In this document: in pieces, positions 55,478-64,000 of the stretch
How positions within the stretch are numbered: position 1 is the stretch's first letter
Layout of the letters: every line of letters begins with the position of its first letter
From: Vulcanimicrobiota bacterium
GTDB lineage: Bacteria > Vulcanimicrobiota > Vulcanimicrobiia > Vulcanimicrobiales > Vulcanimicrobiaceae
Reading direction: 5' to 3'
Assembly (NCBI GenBank): GCA_963795855.1
Contig: CAWCIZ010000002.1
Location: 256,001-320,000, forward strand
Length of the DNA: 64,000 bases
Made by a program: the position numbers and the translations under genes
Notes under the pieces: model-generated
What the model was told of the DNA's origin: nothing
The model's database searches: none
Seen by the model: the letters and a program-made list of their open reading frames with translations, nothing else

Positions 55478-58400
55478 TGAAAATTGCGGGAGCGCACGCC
55501 CTCGGTGACGTCTTTGGCGTCGAACGCAAACGCTTTGCGCGCGAGCACGTCGATGCAGCCGCCTTCCTTCTGCAGTTGTCCTTCGATGATAAGGGTCGCC
55601 GCTTGGCGGATGGTGCGCCGGTATTTTTCGTACACGTCCGGCCGCACGATGACGTTGACCAACCCCGTTTCGTCCTCGAGCGTGAGAAAGACGAAGCCTT
55701 TCGCCGTTCCCGGACGCTGACGCGTAATGACCAGACCGCCGACCTTGCAGACCAGATTGCCCGGCATTTCGGCGAGTTTGACCGCGGGAACGACGCCTTG
55801 TGCGTCGAGTTGCGCGCGCACGTGCGCAATTGGCTGCAGTTTCGGCGACACGCCGGTCGACCATAAATCGAAGGCCGTTTCGCGACGCGCGGAAATTGGT
55901 TGGAATGAGGCGGCGGGCTCTTCGACGTCCATCATGCGCCCGAGTTCGCCGCGCGTCTCGCGTTCGTCCAAGCCTCGCAGCGCCCACATAGCGTCGCGCC
56001 GCGAGGTAAACCACGGTGAGAACGCGCCGGCGACGGCGAGATTTTCGATCGCTTCCTTTTCGAGTTGCGTGCGCTTTGCGAAGTCGAGCAAGTCTGCGAA
56101 CGCGCCTTGCGCGACGGCGTCCTGCAGCCGTTCGCGCTGCGCTTCGCCCAAACCGCGAATCAGATGAAAGCCCAGACGAAGCGCGCCGCCGTCGTCCACG
56201 AAGCTCCAGTACTCGCTCGCATTCACGGTAATCGGTTTGACGTGCACGCCGTGGCGGCGCGCGTCGTTGACGAGCACTTCCGTCGAATAGAATCCCATCG
56301 GCTGCACGTTGAGAATCGCGGCAGCGAAGATCGCCGGATAATGGCACTTTACGTACGCCGACTCGTACGCAAGCAGCGCGAAACTGGCGGCGTGCGATTC
56401 GGGAAAGCCGTAATCGGCGAAGCCTTCGAGCATGTGAAAAAGCTGCTCGGCCGCGGAGCGCTCGATGCCGTTCTGCACCATGCCTTCCACCAAGCGGGGA
56501 TAGATATCGCGCATGCGTTCGTGCGAGCGTTTGTGCCCCATCGCGCGCCGAAGTTTGTCCGCTTCCGCAGGCGAAAATCCCGCCGCCTCGATGGCCATGC
56601 GCATGCCTTGCTCTTGAAAGAGCGGCACGCCGAGCGTGCGTTCCAGCACGGGTTTCAGCTTCGGATGCGGGTACGTCACCGGCTCGAGGCCGGACCGGCG
56701 GCGAAGAAACGGGTGAATCATTTGGCCTTGAATCGGACCCGGCCGAATGATCGCGACCTGCATCACGATGTCGTAAAAGCAGGCCGGTTTCATTCGCGGA
56801 AGCATGGACTGCTGCGCGCGCGATTCGATTTGGAAAACGCCGATGGTGTCGGCCTTCGAAATCATTTCGTACGTGGCGCCGTCGTTTTGCGGAATCGTGT
56901 GGAGCTTGAGCTTTTGATGATTTTGCGCGCGCATGACGCGATGATGCAGTCGAACGCCTCGCGCAATAGCGAGAGCATCCCCAGGCCCAGCAAGTCGATC
57001 TTGATGAGCCCGAGCTCTTGCAAATCGTCTTTGTCCCACTGAACGATCGTGCGGTCGCGCATCGTCGCCCACTCCACCGGCGCGACGCGAACCAGCGGAT
57101 CGCGCGTAATGACCATGCCTCCGGAATGGATGCCCATGTGACGCGGAAAGCCGTCGATGCGCCGGCAGAGCGTGAAGAGACGCTCGCCGATATCGCCCTC
57201 GAGCGCGGGCGGCACCTCCGGATCGGGATTGTCGCCGTAGTCACGATCGTAGAAGCCGTGATACGCGTGCGCTTCACCCAGCGGCGGCGTGCGCGCGACA
57301 CCACGTTCCACTTTGTCGTCGCGAGCCGCTTGCAGCCTGGCCGTATCGGACGCAACGCCCGTCGCGCCCGCCAGCGATTCGCGCGCGTCGTATTCGCGTC
57401 GCAACCGCATCGACCTGCGCGAGCGTCAAACCGATGGCTTTGCCGACGTCGCGAATCGCCGAACGCGTGTGATAGGTCACGACCTCCGCAGCCATCGCCG
57501 CATGCGTTCGCCCGTACCGTTCGTACACGTACTGGATCACCTTTTCGCGATCTTGATGCGCGAAATCGACGTCGATATCGGGAATCTCTTCCCGTCCCTC
57601 GGACATGAAGCGCTCGAAGAGCAGATTCATTCCAATCGGATCGACAGCGGTGATGCCGAGCGCGTAACACACGGCGGAATTCGCGGCGGACCCGCGTCCT
57701 TGGCACAGCACCTGCATCTCGTTCGCCGCGCGCACGATGTCCCACACGATGAGGAAATAGCCGGCGAGATCCATCTTCGCGATCATGCCGAGTTCGTATT
57801 CGAGTTGCCGTTCGACGTTGGAGGCAAGCGGCGTCCCGTACCGCTCGGCGGCGCCCTTGTAGACGAGTTCGCGCAGGTAGCTCTGCCGCGTATATCCCTC
57901 GGCAACCGGAAAGATCGGGAACTGGCCCGTAAGGCGGTCCAGGCGGAACGCACAGCGTTCGGCGATGACCAGCGTGTTGCGTATCGCGTCGGGATACCCG
58001 GCAAAGATCTGTGCCATCATGCGCGGCGATTTCACGTGATATTCGGCGTTCGGCCGCAGCAGCGCGTCTTCGCGAGCTTGCGCGAGCGTCGTCTTGTTCT
58101 TCACACAGAACAGGACGTCCGCGAGACGCGCATCCTCGCGCGCTGCATACATAACGCCGTTGGTGGCAACGTACGGAAGCTGCGACTGTGCCGCCAGATC
58201 GAGCAGTTGCCTGCAACGCCGGGCGTCTTGCGCGTGGAGATGGTGCTGCAATTCGAGAAAGAGCCGCCCGCGGAAGTGCTCGCGCACGCAGTCGAGGCCG
58301 CCGGCATCGGGCGAGCCGTACAGCGCGACCAACCCGTCCGTGCGGCCGTCGAGATCGCGCGCCGCAAACGCGGCTCGCCTTTGTTTCCGCGTAGTTGTCC

Positions 58401-58679
58401 GGCGGAGATTAGGTCGCATAAGTTCGCATAGCCGCGCTCGTCCTCGACCAGCGCGATCAGCGGTTCGGCGTCCTCGAAACGCAGCCGGCTTCCGATGATG
58501 CCGGGAATTTTGCGCTCGGCGGCCGCTTTGGCGAAGCGCACGGCACCGTACAAGCCATCGCAGTCCGTCAGCGCGATTGCATGCAGGCCCGCATCCGCCG
58601 CCGCATCGACGAGGTCTTCGGGATGCGAGCCGCCTTCGAGAAACGTGAAGTTCGAGTGCGCGTGCAATTCCGCGTACAT
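55474..58679 (-). CDS. dnaE2: Error-prone DNA polymerase DnaE2/ImuC (3 frameshifts)
   Basis: AELHAHSNF, GRGSAANS, PDIDVDF, GVFQIESRAQ, YGFPESH, QRPGTAKG, C-terminal SRNFH signature. Confidence 0.95.
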
Positions 58680-58769
58680 CAACCCGCCAGGCCTCCGTTG
58701 GTCTTCCTCACCTGCAAGACAGCGGACGGAACGTGAAATGCACGCGGCGGATGGGGATGAAAAACCGCC

Positions 58770-59384
58770 ATGAAATCTTCTTACTTACTATCAATTGTGA
58801 CTCTGGCGGCCGCGGCAGCGCTTCCGTTGAGCACCTCGGCGCAAATGTCGCCCGACGACAATTCGGCGAACTCCGTCGACCGCCAATTCGTCCAACAAGC
58901 CATGCTGGCAAACGCGCAGGAGATTAAATCCGCCGATGCCGAGCGAAACAGCAGCAACTCCAGCGTGCGGCTTTTTGCGCGCACGATGATACGCGACCAT
59001 GGACAGTCCGCCGCCCAGCTCGCCGCGATAGCGAATCAATTGAACATCAAGTATCCGCGCGCGAACGTAGTCAACGTCGCACCCAACGCGGCCGCGCCGC
59101 CTCCGAGCCAGCCCAGTAGCGGCACGCATCACCCGAACGTCTATGCGGATGCGGACAGAAGCCCGCGCGCGTACATGCAAGACGAAATAGCCGATCATCA
59201 AAAAGCTATTTCGCTGTACGAAAACGAAATGAAGAACGGCAACGATCAAGACCTCAAGACCTACGCCAGTAAAACGCTTCCGCTGCTCAAGAATCACCTC
59301 ACGATGGCGCAGCAATACATGACGGTGGGCCGCATTACGCCCGAACCTCGCCCGACCCCATGCACGACCTCGTATAGCTGCTAG
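58770..59384 (+). CDS. DUF4142 secreted protein
   Basis: Signal peptide; DRQFV...EI...FARTMIRDH...DHQKAI...KTLPLLKNHL. Confidence 0.88.
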   Translation: MKSSYLLSIVTLAAAAALPLSTSAQMSPDDNSANSVDRQFVQQAMLANAQEIKSADAERNSSNSSVRLFARTMIRDHGQSAAQLAAIANQLNIKYPRANVVNVAPNAAAPPPSQPSSGTHHPNVYADADRSPRAYMQDEIADHQKAISLYENEMKNGNDQDLKTYASKTLPLLKNHLTMAQQYMTVGRITPEPRPTPCTTSYSC

Positions 59385-59869
59385 CGGCCCAGCCATGCGC
59401 CGAGCATGCGCAGATCCAATCGGCGATTGAGCTGCGGACAAACGTGCGAGCACACGTGCACTTCGCGAATCTTCTGGCGCATTCGCTCGCGAGACGTGCG
59501 GAAGTATTCCTCGATGAGCGGATGCGCGCAGAAGAGTTCGTTTTTCACGTGGAGATTTGCAAAACGCCGGTGCGCGAAGCGCTCGGCTTGCGGATCGCCC
59601 ACGAAACACGCGCGCAGCCGTAGACGCGAGCGGTACTGCGGCTGCAGTTCGCGCAGACGCCGCATCGGGTGTTCGGAATACCCGATCTTTACGCAGTGCT
59701 CCTCGACGCGCAGCAAGTAGACGAAGCCGTAATTGAAGCCGGCCAGTTCCTCGAGCGGCGAAAGCAGATTCGCTGTGCGCGTAATCTCGCCGCTCTGCAG
59801 CCAGTTCCATGCGATATCTTGAAAACGGCGGCACGCAAAGCCGTTAGCGGCCATCGCATCCTCAATCAT
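59381..59869 (-). CDS. GIY-YIG nuclease (T5orf172/MUG113-like)
   Basis: GFVY...VKIGYS..P.RRLRELQ...E...HRRF...ELF; start overlaps the imuB stop. Confidence 0.8.
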   Translation of the reverse strand: MIEDAMAANGFACRRFQDIAWNWLQSGEITRTANLLSPLEELAGFNYGFVYLLRVEEHCVKIGYSEHPMRRLRELQPQYRSRLRLRACFVGDPQAERFAHRRFANLHVKNELFCAHPLIEEYFRTSRERMRQKIREVHVCSHVCPQLNRRLDLRMLGAWLGR

Positions 59870-61284
59870 ACGCGCCGCGCAGGTACCAGCGCTCGCCTTG
59901 CCGGTAGATGCGGCATAGCATGCCGTCGTCGAGCAGCACGTCGTATTCGTCGCGCAGAATCGGCTGCTCGAACCAGCCGTCGTCCACGCGCCACGGGCCG
60001 GCGCAGTCCAGCACGCGGCGCGCACCGACCTCTCGCGGCTCGTTGCCGCGCATCGTCACGTCGATTTCACGCACGGCGAGCAGCCGCAACTGCGGCGCCG
60101 GCGAGGTTTTCACAGCGGCGCCGCCGGAAGCTGATTGCACCGGAACGCCGAACCGCTCCAATGCAAAGCGCCCTTCGAGGCGCGGCGAGGGACGCACGCG
60201 CGCGCGCTGCGGTTCGCGAGCCGTAGCCGCCTGCAAGCGCGCGAGCGCGACGGCAAGCGCTTGCGGATCCGCGTCGTTCTGCCCGAACAGCGTCGCGGGC
60301 GCGCCGCATTCTTCCAACTGCATCGCTTGTAAACGCAAGCCGGTGATGGGTGAAGCAAACGTGAGACCTTCGAGCTTGGCGCGCATGACGTCGAGCATCG
60401 TTCGCGAGTCGCCCGTCGCCTGTGCAAACCCCACATCGACGACCCGCACGTCGCCGTTCTCGCATTCGAACGTCATCTGCAGCAGCGTTGCAGCTTTTCC
60501 GGCACGCGACAGATCGCTGCAGACGCGCTCCGCCAGAACGCGCAGCGCAAAATATACCTGTTCTTCCTGTGCCGCGCTGCCTTCGCCGTAAGCCGCCGCA
60601 CCGATCTGCACTTCATGCGCGCGCGGGCGCAGCGGCGTTGGATCGATGCCGCGCGCGCGATCGTGCCACGCGGCTGCGGCTTTGCCGAAACGGCGCACGA
60701 ATGGCCCGTGCGGCAGTTTCGCCAGGTCTTCCAAACGCGTGACGCCGAGCAGATGCAGACGCTCGACGGTGCGCGGATCGAGATCGAGCACTTCGACGGG
60801 CAGTGCATCGATGCGTCCGTCCGCGCGCGTAAGTGGACGCTCGCGCGACGAATTTATTCGGTCCGGCAGCCGCGCGCACCGGCAAATCGAAATGCGCGAG
60901 CGCACGGTGCACGCGCTCGACCCAGTGCTGCGGTTCGCCGCCGATGCCGCGCATGTCCAAATAGGCCGTGCCTTCGCCGCTGTCGTCGACGAGCGGCGTC
61001 ACCGCGTCGAGCGCGTCGAGCATGTCGTTCCACACCACGCGCGAACGCGCTGCGTCGTGGATGAGCACGCGAACGCCGCCGCCGGTCGCCGCGCGCGCCT
61101 GCAGCACCGTTTGACCGGGACGCGCACCGAGCGCGTAGGCCGCTTCATCGCACTCGATGACGCGACCGCGATCGCGCTTGTCGGCGAGCACGGCCGCGGC
61201 GGCGTCAGGCGGAGTTGCCGCAAGCACGTCGTCGCGGCGCGCCACACACAGACGAAATACGGGCACGTGAACGCAAAGCAGCAT
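59862..61284 (-). CDS. imuB: ImuB, inactive Y-family polymerase (frameshift near 60830)
   Basis: G.RPGQT..QA, TPLV...AYLD, L..LGV..L.DL, RRFG, GPWRVDDGWF...RDEYDV...WYLRGAYD. Confidence 0.9.
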
Positions 61285-61966
61285 GGCCGATCCTTTCATC
61301 TACTATTCGTAACTGCGCCGTCGCGCCCGGAGCCGAACGGCGCGCTTTGAGCACGTGCGCGGACACCTCGTAGCCCGCGAGTTCGCACAGCACGCCCGGC
61401 TCGCCGGACCAGACGACGCGATCGATCGCGCAGCGTACGCGTGTCGAAGCGAAATACGCAAGTTCCGTGTTCGCTTGCACACCGAGCGCGATCAGCACCG
61501 CGCCTGACTTTTGCGCCAGACCGCCCAAGCGCGACCACACCGTGGCGCGCAGCGCCGCAGCAGGCATCGCGACTGCGACGAACGCGCGCGAACGCAAAAG
61601 AATATCCGCACAGCGCGCGATCTCGACCCGCGTCTGCGCCTGCGCGATGAGCACCCGCTCCAAACGCACTCCGGCGCGCTCCAGATCGGGCGGGTACAAA
61701 CTGCCGTCGTCCACGACGGCGGTCAGCCCGCGGCGCGTCGCTCCGGCCAGCATGCGTGCCAGCACCGCCGTGCGCCCGGAACTCGGCGCGCCCTCGAGCG
61801 TAGCGATGGTTCCGCGCGGAAACCCGCCGTGCAGCACCTCGTCGAGTTTCGAAAATCCACTAGAAAGCGCATCGCTTCGAGCCGCCACGATGCGGCCGCC
61901 GGCACGGACGTCCAGGCCCGCTTTGAGGGTGGCAAAGGTGGGCAGTGGGGCCGGTGCGGTATCCAT
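61205..61966 (-). CDS. imuA: ImuA, RecA-like mutagenesis protein
   Basis: SSGFSKLDEVLHGGFPRG, degenerate Walker A GAPSSGRT, LYPP.L...GV.L. Confidence 0.85.
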   Translation of the reverse strand: MDTAPAPLPTFATLKAGLDVRAGGRIVAARSDALSSGFSKLDEVLHGGFPRGTIATLEGAPSSGRTAVLARMLAGATRRGLTAVVDDGSLYPPDLERAGVRLERVLIAQAQTRVEIARCADILLRSRAFVAVAMPAAALRATVWSRLGGLAQKSGAVLIALGVQANTELAYFASTRVRCAIDRVVWSGEPGVLCELAGYEVSAHVLKARRSAPGATAQLRIVDERIGHAALRSRARISSVCGAPRRRACGNSA

Positions 61967-61975
61967 GGGAGCACG

Positions 61976-62004
61976 ATCCTAATCGAACATATGTTCGATG
62001 TCAA
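61976..62004 (-). promoter_or_regulatory. SOS promoter with a LexA box in the spacer
   Basis: TTGACA-TCGAACATATGTTCGAT (17 bp)-TAGGAT; perfect palindrome ATCGAACATATGTTCGAT at 61982-61999. Confidence 0.92.
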
Positions 62005-62101
62005 GCCTCATTCGACAGGCTGCCCGGGCACGCCGCCGAAAGTCGCACCATGCACCTGCTTCCGCGGCGGCGATGAGCCTTTCTGCATCCTTGCTATTCC
62101 T

Positions 62102-63871
62102 ATGAACAGACCGATCGCCGGGTGGATTCTTGCCGCCATTGCGCTCGGCATGCTGGTGCTCGATTACCTCGGCGCGTTTTCACCGCTCGGACTGACGTCG
62201 TTCGGCATCGGTATCATTCCGCGCGGTCACGGTGCTGCCGTCGCGAGTGTGAAACCCGGCAGCGTTGCGGCGAAGCAAGGCATTCGGCCGGGCGACTTCG
62301 TCGACGTCATGGCGATGCCGCTGGACGATCGTTTGCGTTTGCAGATAAACGTGAGTCCGCCAGGAACCGCCATCACCGTTCCGTTGGAGCGAAGCGGAAC
62401 GCGCCGCATCGTTCGTCTCGTGGCGCAAACGTCGGCCAAGCGCAGAACCACGTTCGGCACTGCGCCATATTTGATCGACGCGACGATTACGTTGCTGATC
62501 GTCGCGCTCATCGCACTGCGGCGCCCTTCGGTCGCAATCGCCGCGCTCGTGTTCTACGGTTTAGGCGCAAGCCTCACGTTTGAAGTGTCCGCGCAATTCT
62601 CGTGGCTTCCCGCGCCGTGGTTCACAATCGCGGCCGTCTTTCTCATCAGCGCCTTTTCGACGCTTCCCATCATGGCGCTCGTGCCGTTTATCGCGCGCTT
62701 TCCAAGTACTCCCGTTACGAGAATGGGCATCGCGCGCATGCGCGCCGCCGACCTGCTGTTTTTGATAAGCGCGGTGCTCTTCACGTTCGAGACGTTTTAC
62801 GAGCCGGTAATTTTTGGTTCGTGGGGCACATTCGATTTCTGGAGCGACGCCCTCACCATGCTGGTCGTGCTGTTGTTTACGGGTTTCGTGTATAACGACG
62901 CACGCGGTGAGGCGCGCCGCCGCATCGCGTGGGTCATCGCAGGCATGACGCTCAGCGCCGCCGGGTTTGCCGGATATAACTTCGTCGATACGATCAGCGT
63001 TTTAGGCGGGAATACCGGCGGCATCACAAGTATCGCGGCCGGCGTTTCGCAGCTGATGCAAGCGGCGCTCCCCGTCGCACTCGGCTATGCGATCTTGCGC
63101 CACCGGGTGCTCGACGTTGGTTTCGTTCTGAACCGGACGATGGTGTACGGCGTGATGACGGCCTTGGTCATCATCGTCGTAAGTCTCGTCGATTGGCTGA
63201 CGAGCCGGGTGATCAGCGAGCAACGGTGGGCGCTGGCGGTCGAAGCGCTCATCACGATCGGCTTCGGCTTCGCACTGAACTGGATTCATGCGCGCACGGA
63301 GCGCCTCATCGATCGCATAGTCTTTCGAGCCCGGCACGTCGCTGAAAAGCGTATTGAATATCGCATCGGCGCGCTGGGTTTTGCCGCTTCGAGCACTTCC
63401 GTGGACGACGCGGTCGGAGTCGAATCCGCGCGCATTCTCGACCTTTTCTCCGCCGCCGTCTTCGGACGCCTGGCCGCGAGCGAGCCGTTCGCACGCAGAT
63501 CGTGCACGGCGTGGGAAGACGCCGCTTTGAGCGCCGTCGACGACGATTCGCTGCTCGTGCGCATGCTGCGTTCGGTGGAACGCCCGATTATCTTGGACGA
63601 CGCCGCAATCGTTTTGAACGGAGCGCCAACCGGCAGCGCTCGGCCCGTCATCGCCATTCCAATCGTAGCGCAGCACGAACTCATCGGCTTCGCGCTCTTC
63701 GGCAACCGGCGCGACGGCGCGCTGCCCGATCCCGAAGAAATCGCGCTGCTCTGCAAACTTTGCGCGGCCGCGGGCAGCGCGTACGGGGCGGTCGAGGCGC
63801 GGCAGTGGCGCGAACGCGCCGCCATCTTAGAGCGCTCGCTCGCGACGGTGCACGGCACCGTGGTCGTTTAA
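62102..63871 (+). CDS. Membrane sensor-like protein: PDZ, multiple TM helices and a GAF-like domain
   Basis: VKPGSVAAKQGIRPGD (PDZ), YAILRHRVLDV..V..RT.VY, AIPI....ELIGF...G.RRDG. Confidence 0.75.
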   Translation: MNRPIAGWILAAIALGMLVLDYLGAFSPLGLTSFGIGIIPRGHGAAVASVKPGSVAAKQGIRPGDFVDVMAMPLDDRLRLQINVSPPGTAITVPLERSGTRRIVRLVAQTSAKRRTTFGTAPYLIDATITLLIVALIALRRPSVAIAALVFYGLGASLTFEVSAQFSWLPAPWFTIAAVFLISAFSTLPIMALVPFIARFPSTPVTRMGIARMRAADLLFLISAVLFTFETFYEPVIFGSWGTFDFWSDALTMLVVLLFTGFVYNDARGEARRRIAWVIAGMTLSAAGFAGYNFVDTISVLGGNTGGITSIAAGVSQLMQAALPVALGYAILRHRVLDVGFVLNRTMVYGVMTALVIIVVSLVDWLTSRVISEQRWALAVEALITIGFGFALNWIHARTERLIDRIVFRARHVAEKRIEYRIGALGFAASSTSVDDAVGVESARILDLFSAAVFGRLAASEPFARRSCTAWEDAALSAVDDDSLLVRMLRSVERPIILDDAAIVLNGAPTGSARPVIAIPIVAQHELIGFALFGNRRDGALPDPEEIALLCKLCAAAGSAYGAVEARQWRERAAILERSLATVHGTVVV

Positions 63872-63899
63872 CAGGCGCGAAAGAGGCCGTAAAGAGCCG

Positions 63900-64000
63900 G
63901 TGGCTGCATCCGCAACGCTGCGCGTCGGTATCGACGTCGGCGGAACGTTCACGGATCTCGTCGCCGTCGACGCGCGTTCCGGCGAGCGCATCGTCGTGAA
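63900..64000 (+). CDS. Hydantoinase/oxoprolinase family protein, N-terminus (partial)
   Basis: LRVGIDVGGTFTDLV. Confidence 0.85.
   Translation, partial: MAASATLRVGIDVGGTFTDLVAVDARSGERIVV

Noticed and set aside
57200..57390. Intein in DnaE2
   Set aside because: Too short, with no N-terminal Cys/Ser block or His-Asn end.

Overview
GC-rich bacterial chromosomal window with about 65 tightly packed genes. It is diderm (TonB-dependent receptor) with Terrabacteria-like features: a CGAAC-N4-GTTCG SOS box, gatCAB, mutS2 and a Firmicutes-like rpoB. This suggests, by inference only, Ca. Eremiobacterota/Vulcanimicrobiota. Many genes, including essential rpoB, carry single-base indels, so this looks like an imperfectly polished long-read assembly, and I joined frameshifted ORF pieces by eye. 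Core content: rpoB, tyrS, mutS2, gatCAB, rlmD, HU, aroQ, hslO, RNase HI, tRNA-Pro(GGG), redox and stress genes, a GH43-GT-glf-GH1 cluster and an SOS mutagenesis cassette. Most notable: (1) an in-frame fusion of a secreted two-domain multicopper oxidase to a ZIP metal permease; (2) a stand-alone rpoB with no rplL or rpoC, its own promoter, an attenuator-like leader, a downstream hairpin and a long acidic tail; (3) an imuA-imuB-dnaE2 cassette with a perfect LexA box in the promoter spacer, a coupled GIY-YIG nuclease and an antisense DUF4142 gene; (4) a structured gatB-mutS2 intergenic region with complementary loops; (5) a tandem double Crp/Fnr ORF, several small membrane proteins and recurrent SigB-like and leaderless promoters. 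No CRISPR, rRNA, transposase or integrase was seen.
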